Shown piece after piece: positions 35,193 through 43,866 of a DNA stretch of 64,000 nucleotides. The DNA is taken from positions 1,018,173 through 1,082,172 of the forward strand of contig OZ252017.1 in the NCBI GenBank assembly GCA_965247485.1, written 5' to 3'. This DNA is from Dehalococcoidia bacterium (GTDB taxonomy: Bacteria; Chloroflexota; Dehalococcoidia; DSTF01; WHTK01). The notes under the pieces are model-generated. The model searched no databases and was not told the DNA's origin. It was given only the letters and a program-made list of their open reading frames with translations. The translations under genes and the position numbers were made by a program. How positions within the stretch are numbered: the stretch's first letter is position 1; each line of letters opens with the position of its first letter.

Positions 35193-36695
35193 TCAGTAAC
35201 CCAACTTTGTCGAGCTGCCGAGAGCGCTTGTGCCGAGCACCCAGAAGTCGTGTGAGTCGGCTGGTGCGCAGGCGAACTCGATCTGATGCGTAACGCCGCG
35301 GCGAAAGTTGATCCGGTCGCGGATGCTCTCGATGTAGAATTCCTGGTTAATACCAAGCTTGGTGCGTATTCCTTGAGCCACCACCGTTATCCGGTCGCTA
35401 ATCTCACGCGCGCTTATGCCAGCGAAGACCGTATCGTTGATGCTGGCGTCGAAGGGCAGAGTGACCAGGGGCTGCGGGTCTTTCCACTTATTGACGATGT
35501 AGTCGCAGAAGGCCTGAGCGTCGTTGGTGTTGGCGTGAAACTTGCCAGGCTGGCGGAAGGTCCGGACGCCGTAGTCGCCCTGAGAGGTCGCGTCTTCGGC
35601 TGATACGGTCGTCGGGTTGCCCCGGCTGACCGGCGTGCCTCGGGCCTGAACCAGGGTCAAGCTGGCTTCCAAAGAGGCGTGGTTGTTGGTGATCGTGATC
35701 TTCATCGTGCGGGCGAACTTGCTCGCTACGACGCCGATGTCGGCGTTGGCGACGCCGGTCTGGGTGACGTCGGTGACAACTACCGGCGTGGTCCAGGCAT
35801 GGACGTAGGCGTCAGCGTCGCCACCTGAGGAGGCATTGGGGTACTGGGCCCACCAGCTGCGCGACTCGCCGGCGGCGAGAGTCGGCGTCTCGCCCGTGAG
35901 CGTCCAGAGAACAGCCACGGTGCCCGAGGTGAAGGTATAGGTGGATACGGTAACTCTTACATTGTTGAAGATCTCCTGGAGGCGGTCGCTTTCCTTGACC
36001 GAGAGCAGGTAGGGGTAGGTTGAGCCGACGGCGTCACTAACGGTGAGCTGAGAGGTGAGGTGTGGCGACTTGAGCCGGTGATGATGGTCTTCGTACACCA
36101 GCTTGCCATCTGGCCCTTCGAGGAAGAAACCCAGCTCGGTCTCTTCGATGTCCCGGATCGCGTTAGCCGCCAGCGTGTCCTCGACAAACCAGGGGCCCGT
36201 GGTCGTCTGACCCGCGTCAATCGTGCGCTCGGCGGCGGGCCAACCTACCTCGTCTAGCACTGTAGTGATATGAGTGCCCGTCAGCGCCCCTGAGCTTCCC
36301 GGAGGGTTCACTATGGCATCAAGGAGGCTCATGGGCCCGGCGGCTTGCAGCTCGACGACGAGGCCGTCCGAGGTGCTGTGCTTGGGTGTCAACTTCTCAA
36401 TGAAGCCAGTCCAGCGCGTCTTAGCGTCATCTCCCGTGACCCTGAAGCGGAGCTTGCGACCCGGCAGCAGCTTGCCGGCAAGCGCTGAGGATGCGTTGGA
36501 AGGGCTGTAGAGACCATCTGGGTTGCGCAAGAGCGCCTTGAGGCGGCCTGCCTCGGAGCGTCCGGTCAGCTGCGAGGCGAACTTGCGGCCACGGAGGAAC
36601 TCGACGTCCAGGAGATCTGCCGACACATCCTCATTGGTGTCGCCGTAGTCGCCATCGGCGTTCCAGTCCACTTCAAGGACGTAACCGCGCGCCAT
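35193..36695 (-). CDS. minor tail protein (distal-tail-protein-like N-terminus)
   Basis: 500-aa ORF. LEVDWNADGDYGDTNEDVSADLLDVEFLRGRKF...GRLKALLRNPDGLYSP resembles the first minor tail protein after the tape measure in siphoviruses. Confidence 0.6.
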   Translation of the reverse strand: MARGYVLEVDWNADGDYGDTNEDVSADLLDVEFLRGRKFASQLTGRSEAGRLKALLRNPDGLYSPSNASSALAGKLLPGRKLRFRVTGDDAKTRWTGFIEKLTPKHSTSDGLVVELQAAGPMSLLDAIVNPPGSSGALTGTHITTVLDEVGWPAAERTIDAGQTTTGPWFVEDTLAANAIRDIEETELGFFLEGPDGKLVYEDHHHRLKSPHLTSQLTVSDAVGSTYPYLLSVKESDRLQEIFNNVRVTVSTYTFTSGTVAVLWTLTGETPTLAAGESRSWWAQYPNASSGGDADAYVHAWTTPVVVTDVTQTGVANADIGVVASKFARTMKITITNNHASLEASLTLVQARGTPVSRGNPTTVSAEDATSQGDYGVRTFRQPGKFHANTNDAQAFCDYIVNKWKDPQPLVTLPFDASINDTVFAGISAREISDRITVVAQGIRTKLGINQEFYIESIRDRINFRRGVTHQIEFACAPADSHDFWVLGTSALGSSTKLGY

Positions 36696-36734
36696 CTAGA
36701 CAACCCCCTCGGTCGCAAAGTAACGTGAGGGCCT

Positions 36735-37334
36735 ATGCGGTACGTGCTCCTTGCCCTCGGCCTCGCCGGCGTCCTGGCCGTTGCGTGCGGTGGTGGGGGA
36801 GATGACGTTCCCGAAGGTGGAGCTAGTGGCCCTCTCCTGGATGCTGTGACGGCAGTTGCTGCGACCCAAGAAACCGAGGATGCCAAGGACATTGCAAGCA
36901 TTGGCGATTCTCGCGAGCTGGCCTTCTTCCCAGACCGGGATTTTGAGTCGGATCCGGAAAAGATGCGGGTCACTGTTCTGGCGCTCAGCATTGAGTCGCT
37001 GTCGCCCGTCGGTGAATCCGATCCCCAACCTACTCTCGTCCTTCAAGTTCTGATAGAAAACCCTACGGATGGCACTGGCAGCCGTCCGAAATTCGTGGTC
37101 GTTACGCCCAGTGGCAAAAGCTTCGACAAAACTTATATTGGCTGGGAGTACCCCAAAGACTTGGTATCTATCAAGGAGCTTCCACCCAGGACCCAGTTGG
37201 AAGGGGCATTCTTCATACCCCTCGAAGCCGAAGGAGTCGAACCGCCCACGTCCTTGGCGGGGTGGCGCGTCGTCGTTACTACCGGAGGCCTTGTTCCTCG
37301 GGAGAATGCCCGCGCCGTCTGGCAGGTCGAATAG
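36735..37334 (+). CDS. lipoprotein with a DUF4352-like beta domain, encoded antisense to the tail operon
   Basis: 199-aa ORF with signal plus lipobox MRYVLLALGLAGVLAVA-C-GGGG. Later it reads RVTVLALSIE...LVLQVLIENPTDG...FVVVTPSGKSF...LPPRTQLEGAFFIPLE. GTGAGGG lies 4 nt upstream of the ATG. Confidence 0.55.
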   Translation: MRYVLLALGLAGVLAVACGGGGDDVPEGGASGPLLDAVTAVAATQETEDAKDIASIGDSRELAFFPDRDFESDPEKMRVTVLALSIESLSPVGESDPQPTLVLQVLIENPTDGTGSRPKFVVVTPSGKSFDKTYIGWEYPKDLVSIKELPPRTQLEGAFFIPLEAEGVEPPTSLAGWRVVVTTGGLVPRENARAVWQVE

Positions 37335-37480
37335 AAACCTCACCCTGGCTCCCCTTCCTCAATGCACGGGGTCAAACTGGCCATCGTCCCTGAGCCGCCC
37401 AATCAAAGAACGGGCAATCTCCTCGAGGTTATCGTCAACCCGCTTACGCAGCTCGCCTTCAGTGAAGATTCTGTCGAAGG

Positions 37481-39742
37481 TCATATCGTCCTCTGCAGGT
37501 AGGGGAAGCTGCCCCTTCTGAACTCCTCGCCCATCGTCTCGATAATGAACTCAGCCGCGTCTTGGTCTACTGGGCCATTGAAAGTGAAATGCTGATGGAT
37601 GACGTTCCCACCCAGCTGCTGACTTTCGCGGTTGCTGAACACGGCTGAGCCACGTGGCAGGCCCACTAACTCTGGGCCTTGCTCGCCAACGACAGCGAGA
37701 CCACCCCTGAAGTTTCGGGTGCCTTGAGCGAGGCGCTTGATTCCCACGGTTTCAATCGGCGGGATGGTGAATGGGTTGAGGTCCAGGCCAAAGGCACCGG
37801 CCTCGTTGAATTCCTCAATCAAGCCGTTTAGGGCTCCTATCGCTCGGTTGACGGCCTTCTCAATAAAACCGATTAGCCCGTTGCCAAAGGCCTTGGCGAG
37901 GTCGCCGCCAGCTTCCGCCAGGCCTCCGAGCCCCTGGAGCAGGATGCCGGGAAGCTTCCCGATCTCGGTGCCAATCCGCCCCGGCAGCCCAGCAAAGAAC
38001 CCAATCACTTCATCCACACGGGCCGAGACAAAGTCCGCCATACCTTGAGCGGCATCACTGACTACACCCTTGATGTCCTCCCAGATGCCTCCAACGGAGC
38101 TGAGTACCGAATTAAATGCCCCGAGGATGATCTCGGGAATGTTGCCAAACACCGCTTTCAGGTAGCCGATAAAAATGTCGATGATCCCAGACGCTATCGA
38201 TTTCAGGGCCTCCCAGGCGGCTGCCCAATCGCCTCTGAAGAGCGCCGAAACGAGGTCGATCACGCCTTTGACGACATCGACCATGCCCGAGAAAATCTGG
38301 ATGACACCCTCAATCTTTGTCTTGATGAAGTCGTGGATGAACCCAACCGCGTCCTGAATTGGTCCTGGCAGTGACCCGAATATCTCAACCGCTTTTGCCT
38401 TGAGCTCGTCCCAGTTGTCTTTGATGAGTCCAATTAGGGCGATCAGCCCTACAATCGCGGCGATGGCGACCGCGCCAGGCCCGAAAGCCACAAGGATGGC
38501 CACGCCGATCGCAGCCAGGGCAGCGATCATCACTGGCTTGTTCGAGACGATGAACCTGACCAGGTCCTTGACGAGCGGCAGGATGACATCCAACCCCGAG
38601 GTGAACGCGCCAAGAAATGCCTCTACAACGGGTTTCGCATCGCGGGCAAAGCCCTGCACGGCTCTAACAATGTTGGGGATGTGTTCCTCAGAGAACTCCT
38701 GAACCATCGGGATTAGCGCGTCGACTGCCTTCATGATTCCGTCGAAGAGCTTAGTTAGGAGCGGCTCCAGGGCGACTAGAACGGTGTTCTTCATTCGCGA
38801 GAACTTTTGCCCCATGGTCTCGGTCGCCTTGGCGGTGTCGGCGATCGCGCCGTCAGTCCCGCGGAGCTTCTCGATCAGGTCATCAAGCGAGAGGGCGCCA
38901 TTCTGGACGGCCGTAACCATACGTTGTGCGCCCTCGGCGCCGAAGGCCTCGGTCGCGATGTTAAGAGCCTCGACGTCCGTGGCGGCGTTCTCCATCTGAT
39001 GAACGACGTCGAAGAGGGCGCCCTTGAGGTCGGTCACTCCCTCCTCGGCCAATCGCCGCGTAAACGAGTTAAGGCCCGGCATGATTCGCGTGATGTCGAC
39101 GCCCGACTTATGCATCTGGCCGAAGAGGGCGGTCGTTTCGATGATGTTAAAGCCCGCATTCTTGAGGACGGGTCCGAAGGTCTGGATCTGGCTCGCGAGG
39201 GTGTCGATGCCAACCCCGGTGTCCTGGGAAACCACGAAGAGGCGATCAAGAATATCTGCCGCGCCCTTCGCGTCGTCGACGGCATCGATCCCGAAGACGT
39301 TAAGAGCTCTGCCGTATTGCTCGACGAGGCCGGTGGCATCGACGCCCATAACGCGGGAGGCGTCGAGGACTTGCTTCGCCATACCCTGCAAGCCTTCGCC
39401 GGTTAGCCCTGTAAGGGTGTTGAGGTCGGCGATCACCGACGACACCTTGCCCATATCGTCTGGCACGCCCGCCAGCACGGCCTTAAAGTCGCCCTTGAGC
39501 CCTTTGAGGGCCTCGCCCGTTGCCCCCGTTCCTTGTGCGATCGTGTTAAAAGCAGCGTTGAAGTCGCCGCCGAACTTAACGGCGGCCACGGCGAGCCCAG
39601 CCAGGGCGGCGGCGCCAACCAGTGCACCGGCCTTGATGGCAGAGCCGAGCTTTGAGCCGAGACCGCCGAGCTTCTTACTCAGCTTATCTACGGTTTTCGA
39701 GACCTCGTCTCTAACCTGCAGTAGCAGCTCAAGTTTCGTCAT
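37481..39742 (-). CDS. tape measure protein
   Basis: 753-aa ORF, Ala/Gly/Leu-rich and helical with a central hydrophobic stretch. It sits between the chaperone-like ORF and the minor tail genes. Confidence 0.85.
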   Translation of the reverse strand: MTKLELLLQVRDEVSKTVDKLSKKLGGLGSKLGSAIKAGALVGAAALAGLAVAAVKFGGDFNAAFNTIAQGTGATGEALKGLKGDFKAVLAGVPDDMGKVSSVIADLNTLTGLTGEGLQGMAKQVLDASRVMGVDATGLVEQYGRALNVFGIDAVDDAKGAADILDRLFVVSQDTGVGIDTLASQIQTFGPVLKNAGFNIIETTALFGQMHKSGVDITRIMPGLNSFTRRLAEEGVTDLKGALFDVVHQMENAATDVEALNIATEAFGAEGAQRMVTAVQNGALSLDDLIEKLRGTDGAIADTAKATETMGQKFSRMKNTVLVALEPLLTKLFDGIMKAVDALIPMVQEFSEEHIPNIVRAVQGFARDAKPVVEAFLGAFTSGLDVILPLVKDLVRFIVSNKPVMIAALAAIGVAILVAFGPGAVAIAAIVGLIALIGLIKDNWDELKAKAVEIFGSLPGPIQDAVGFIHDFIKTKIEGVIQIFSGMVDVVKGVIDLVSALFRGDWAAAWEALKSIASGIIDIFIGYLKAVFGNIPEIILGAFNSVLSSVGGIWEDIKGVVSDAAQGMADFVSARVDEVIGFFAGLPGRIGTEIGKLPGILLQGLGGLAEAGGDLAKAFGNGLIGFIEKAVNRAIGALNGLIEEFNEAGAFGLDLNPFTIPPIETVGIKRLAQGTRNFRGGLAVVGEQGPELVGLPRGSAVFSNRESQQLGGNVIHQHFTFNGPVDQDAAEFIIETMGEEFRRGSFPYLQRTI

Positions 39743-39887
39743 TTCTTCTTCTTTTCCGCTTCTTCGCGCCGCACCCTGTCAGACGCCTGGTGTATCAACT
39801 CGATCTCGTCCTTGAGTCTTTCCGGCACCTCGTAGAAGTCTTGGAGGGTCATGGCGACACCCAGGTTGATGATTTGCACAGCCTCTC

Positions 39888-40379
39888 TCAGCTCTCCGGG
39901 GAGCTTTCCTCCGCCGTGTTTGAAGGCGGCGTAGGCTCTGCCGAAGAGCTCGTCCCTTCCCCCGGCGTTAGCACACTTCGCTTCATGATTTCCTCGAAAA
40001 GAAAATCTTCAGTGTCGGGGTCGAGCGTGCGGCGGTTGGCCATGGTGAAAGAAAGCCCGTCGTAGTTGGGCCCGGACCATTCGACTAGCCCGTTCTCGAT
40101 CACGGTTTCCAAGTCATAACCGTCGTAGGCGCCTTTCGCTGGCCCTTCTGGCGACTCACCACGCGCTACTCTGGCCGCCTCCACTCGTGCCCTAACCTTG
40201 TCCTCGATCTCACCGAGGGCCTCGAGCGCCGAGCCGGCGTCCTGAGCTACTTGAAACTTCTTTTTGGTGTCTGCCCGCTCCGCTTTTCGCAACTCGTGGC
40301 CAGACAGCCGGCGGATCTGAAACATCACGCCGGGCTCTGCCGGGTACTGAACGGGCTCTGGTTTTCCTACCGGTGGCAT
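39888..40379 (-). CDS. tail assembly chaperone (gpG-like), with an open -1 frame extension toward the tape measure gene
   Basis: 163-aa ORF between the major tail and tape measure genes. The -1 frame stays open to a TGA at 39739 that overlaps the tape measure ATG. Confidence 0.55.
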   Translation of the reverse strand: MPPVGKPEPVQYPAEPGVMFQIRRLSGHELRKAERADTKKKFQVAQDAGSALEALGEIEDKVRARVEAARVARGESPEGPAKGAYDGYDLETVIENGLVEWSGPNYDGLSFTMANRRTLDPDTEDFLFEEIMKRSVLTPGEGTSSSAEPTPPSNTAEESSPES

Positions 40380-40399
40380 AAGTCCTCTTTCTTGCCGTC

Positions 40400-41404
40400 T
40401 TAAACGGCGGTAGTTATGTTGTTTGTTACCTTGGCCTGAGCGAAGTTGGTCGCGTCGGTGGCTTGCCTCAGCGAGAGCGTCACGATGTCCTGGCCCTCCT
40501 GCTCGCCGGCCTCAAAGATTGAACCGGCGTTGTACTTGTAGAGGCCGTCGAGCTGGAGCTGACGCGTGGCGTCATCGCCATCAACCTGGATTCGAATCGC
40601 CCGAAGCGCGGCCGCCTCAGCCTTGGCTTTCTCAGCCGTGAACAGCGAGTCCATGACTGCTGTGAGCTCAAGGTTGAGGCCGACGGCGGTCGGGTCCAGC
40701 CAGACGCCGGAGAAGTCGAGGTCACTACGGCCATCGGCGGCTCGAAAGGGCTTTAGGCCGGTCGTGAACTCCCAGGACCAGCCGAGGATTTTAGCCGTGA
40801 TCTGGGTTGTCCCGAGCGTGGCCCAGCTGTCGTTGATGTAGACCTTGGAGAGCTCACCCAGAAGCGTCTGAAGCCCAGAGGGGAGCGACTGAGCGGCGGT
40901 AAGCGTCGAGGATTGCACCCGGCGGGCAAAGCCCGCGGCCGACATCTGCACCGCGTTATCAATGGTCGAGCTGAACCGCAGAGACTCCAGGAAGGCATAG
41001 CCCCATTCGTGATCGAGTGGGCTTGTACCGTCGGTCCTTCGCCGTTCAAAGGTCCGCGTCTGCGGTGAGTAACCGGCGGTGATGTCGCGAATGTGAGCCC
41101 AGACGTAGGGACCAGTACCCATGGGCGCGGCATCGAGACCGAGCGCCATGTTGAACCAGTCGTGCAGCTGCTCAAAGAAGACGGCGTGATCAGGGACGCT
41201 AAACCGCGTTCCCCGCATCGGGATGTACTCTTGGCCAGGCGTCGCAATCGCGAGGCCTTGAGCGGTCCTCGGAGCCTCAACCGTGTCCTCGGGCGTGAAG
41301 GCCACGTCCTCGACTGCAACGATAGATGTCGCGGCAACAAGCGTGCCTGGCGTTGCCTCGATACCCCACTGAAACTTGCCGAGGTCCCTAATCGTTCCCG
41401 CCAT
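40400..41404 (-). CDS. major tail protein, by position
   Basis: 334-aa ORF immediately upstream of the chaperone and tape measure genes. Confidence 0.55.
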   Translation of the reverse strand: MAGTIRDLGKFQWGIEATPGTLVAATSIVAVEDVAFTPEDTVEAPRTAQGLAIATPGQEYIPMRGTRFSVPDHAVFFEQLHDWFNMALGLDAAPMGTGPYVWAHIRDITAGYSPQTRTFERRRTDGTSPLDHEWGYAFLESLRFSSTIDNAVQMSAAGFARRVQSSTLTAAQSLPSGLQTLLGELSKVYINDSWATLGTTQITAKILGWSWEFTTGLKPFRAADGRSDLDFSGVWLDPTAVGLNLELTAVMDSLFTAEKAKAEAAALRAIRIQVDGDDATRQLQLDGLYKYNAGSIFEAGEQEGQDIVTLSLRQATDATNFAQAKVTNNITTAV

Positions 41405-41612
41405 TGCTCACCTCCGTTGCTGACTCGCCAGCCCCCTTCTTCCGGGAGCCGGAGTGTTCATAGAGTCCTGATCGCTCCAAACCGCCAAGGTCATCCGGGT
41501 TCTCGGCATCAACCTTGCCCCGGTAATGGTCAAACTCCTCGTCTGTCAGGTCCCGGCCCGGCACGCCCGAAAGCGGCGCCTTGCCCTTGTTTTCACCAAC
41601 CCATATCCACAT
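41388..41612 (-). CDS. hypothetical small phage protein
   Basis: 74-aa ORF in operon context. It overlaps the major tail start by 17 nt. Confidence 0.35.
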   Translation of the reverse strand: MWIWVGENKGKAPLSGVPGRDLTDEEFDHYRGKVDAENPDDLGGLERSGLYEHSGSRKKGAGESATEVSNGGND

Positions 41613-41622
41613 AGCAGCCTCC

Positions 41623-42072
41623 TTAAGCCGCGAAGGTCACGTCGTCGTTCATCCAGATGTCCATGAAAAGATCGAGGCCGACATAGGTCTTCTTGGCGTA
41701 CTCCAAGAGCGCGAGCGTCGGATCGCCTCCATAGATGGTTTGGCGGGTGACCGTGTTCTCTAGTCGCTTGTCCGCATTGAAGGCGACGTGGAGCGCCTGT
41801 TCGAAAGAAGAGGCAATGTCCGCGGCGCGGTCCGTGTCAGCGTCATTAACAAAGAGCTGCATGTTCACCGTGTATTGGCGCCGAAATAGGCTGTTGCCGC
41901 TTTCCGTTGAGACCAATCTCCAGCTGTTAGTAAAGGCCGGGGTGTCGGCCAGGGTTGCACGTCTCGACGGCACGTACTTCCATGCCTTTTGAACCGATGC
42001 AGTGATCGGATCGGTAATCGCCAGGCCGCCCTGGACGACGACGATGCGGTCGAGCGCAGATCGAATGTCCAT
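41623..42072 (-). CDS. tail completion/terminator-like protein, by position
   Basis: 149-aa ORF lying between the head-tail joining genes and the major tail gene. Confidence 0.45.
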   Translation of the reverse strand: MDIRSALDRIVVVQGGLAITDPITASVQKAWKYVPSRRATLADTPAFTNSWRLVSTESGNSLFRRQYTVNMQLFVNDADTDRAADIASSFEQALHVAFNADKRLENTVTRQTIYGGDPTLALLEYAKKTYVGLDLFMDIWMNDDVTFAA

Positions 42073-42393
42073 CTAGGCACTCCACGCTTTGATGATTTTT
42101 CGCTGAGCGCTCCGAAGTACTCGGGGCGCCATTGCCCTGGCGATTGCTCGTTGCTTGCGCTCCCATGCGGCTCCGGTCTGCCTGGGGTTATTCAGCGTCG
42201 TTGAAACCGTGGCGCTAAGCCGCTGTGGCTCGCGGGTTATCGTGTTGCTCTTGGCGCCGAGGCCTTTGCCGCCGCGCTCCATACGCTTGCCGACCTTTTC
42301 GACAACCTCCGCGATGGCCGGCTCGTAGAGATGGGCCGGCTTGAGCTTTCTCTGGAGGCCAGGGAGGCCCTTGACGTTGAGTGAGACGACCAT
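42073..42393 (-). CDS. HK97 gp10-like head-tail joining protein, tentative
   Basis: 106-aa basic ORF directly abutting its neighbours (its start overlaps the upstream stop codon). Confidence 0.45.
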   Translation of the reverse strand: MVVSLNVKGLPGLQRKLKPAHLYEPAIAEVVEKVGKRMERGGKGLGAKSNTITREPQRLSATVSTTLNNPRQTGAAWERKQRAIARAMAPRVLRSAQRKIIKAWSA

Positions 42394-43049
42394 CAGCCGA
42401 TCCCTATCCCTGCCGTTGGCGAGTTGACCAGCAGCAGGCCTTTGAGGGTTGACCTCGCCTGTGGCGACATTGCCTCGACTTCATCGAGACTTTGAACTTG
42501 TTGAGTGAAATACGGCGACTCGCCCCGCCACATCGCGGTGAACTGGATGCAAGCGTTTACTATCCCTTCAGGGATCACCGGGTAGCCGAAAACCGCCGTC
42601 ACTCTGACTTTGTTGCCCACCGGCCAGACCGAACTGACGGAGCCGAGCCCAAGGAGGCGAAGCTTCGTGTAAGGCTCTGCCTCTGGCAGCAGCGTTGCAT
42701 CGATTGCCCCATAGGGCAGCAGCTCGTAGTCAGTGCCTAGAACCAGGGCGGTTTCGTCCGCATAGCTGCCGTCTGCGTCGGTGTCGACGATGACCTCGAG
42801 CCCCGTTATCGAAGCTATCGGCCTGACCGGCAAGACTTGTTGGGCATGGCCATTGCCGTCAGCCTCGATCAGGTACTCAATGGCGACGGCGCTGGCTGTC
42901 TGGTTGAACGTGACTACGCCCAGCTTCTTTTCCATCCAGCGGGACGTGGCGTTCAAGCTCGATAAAATCGCAGCGTCATCCGAGTCGCTGGACTTGACGA
43001 TGCCCAGCTTATAGGTGGCGGCGTCCGCGTACGGGTCTGCGATTGCCAT
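42393..43049 (-). CDS. head-tail connector (gp6-like N-terminus)
   Basis: 218-aa ORF. MAIADPYADAATYKLGIVKSSDSDDAAILSSLNATSRWMEKKLG resembles the phage gp6-like connector family. Confidence 0.55.
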   Translation of the reverse strand: MAIADPYADAATYKLGIVKSSDSDDAAILSSLNATSRWMEKKLGVVTFNQTASAVAIEYLIEADGNGHAQQVLPVRPIASITGLEVIVDTDADGSYADETALVLGTDYELLPYGAIDATLLPEAEPYTKLRLLGLGSVSSVWPVGNKVRVTAVFGYPVIPEGIVNACIQFTAMWRGESPYFTQQVQSLDEVEAMSPQARSTLKGLLLVNSPTAGIGIG

Positions 43050-43052
43050 GCG

Positions 43053-43457
43053 CTAGTCCGATTCGCCGGCCGCCGCGATAAGAGTCACCCTCTCCTCGTT
43101 GTTGCTGGCCTCGGAGATGTCGATCTCGTGCTCTTCGGCGTAGGCCTCGATCTGTGGTTTGCGCATCGCCGCGAAGTTCGGCGGACCTTCCTTCAGAGCC
43201 TCGGTGGCAGCGACTTCCTGCGGTGTCACGCGTAGCTCGCCCGAGCGCCCCGGCACCACGCGGGCGTCAGGGTTGTCGGCGAGGAACTTATTGACGTCAC
43301 CTTCGCGAAACTGAAGCAGTCTGCCGTCGCCTCGGTCCACTCTGACCATGCTTGAGCCCATCTTCGATTCCTCCGTCTGCCTAACGATTGAGATGCCGGT
43401 ATGCGAGGTCGGCCCACCACATGAGCCGTCGGCCGCCCCGCACACCGGGCAGTTCAC
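43053..43457 (-). CDS. hypothetical head-module protein
   Basis: 134-aa ORF with an N-terminal CPVCG..C and a C-terminal HeH/Rho-N-like KPQIEAYAEEHEIDISEASNNEERVTLI. Confidence 0.4.
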   Translation of the reverse strand: MNCPVCGAADGSCGGPTSHTGISIVRQTEESKMGSSMVRVDRGDGRLLQFREGDVNKFLADNPDARVVPGRSGELRVTPQEVAATEALKEGPPNFAAMRKPQIEAYAEEHEIDISEASNNEERVTLIAAAGESD

Positions 43458-43463
43458 GTACTC

Positions 43464-43835
43464 CTACTCGCCAGTCCAGGTACCCGTGAAGCCCATGACA
43501 GCCCAGCTGCCATCCGCGACGCACATCAAGTGGACGGTCTCGCCGACCGCGTTCGCCGTGATGTAGTCGTCGGCAGCTTCAGGTACGCCAGTCGAAGGCA
43601 GCGAGATCGTCTCGCCTGAGGCGGGTTCGATTTGAACTGCAAACGCCGCACGCAGGCCGAAGTAGAAATGCAGACCGGCAACAGCTGCCGGCAAGGTGAG
43701 AGCCACGGTCCCTGTCGCGCCGGCGTTGGTGTGAATCGTGCCGTTCTCCGCCGCGGTGAGCGAAGCGGACGCTGTGTGAGCCTCCACGCCGAGCTGGGCC
43801 CGGCCGTTAAGCGTCTGGTCTCCTGCGATTGTCAT
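43464..43835 (-). CDS. hypothetical head protein (possible decoration protein)
   Basis: 123-aa ORF directly downstream of the major capsid gene. Confidence 0.4.
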   Translation of the reverse strand: MTIAGDQTLNGRAQLGVEAHTASASLTAAENGTIHTNAGATGTVALTLPAAVAGLHFYFGLRAAFAVQIEPASGETISLPSTGVPEAADDYITANAVGETVHLMCVADGSWAVMGFTGTWTGE

Positions 43836-43866
43836 GTTTCAGTCCCCCTTAGGGATGACTTGCCTA

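Noticed and set aside
36696-37343. 215-aa minus-strand ORF that fits neatly between the tape measure and minor tail genes.
   Set aside because: It occupies exactly the complementary codon triplets of the plus-strand lipoprotein ORF, which has a textbook signal peptide and lipobox. Its C-terminal half looks like the translated complement of a signal peptide. I kept it as an open question in the findings rather than as a feature.
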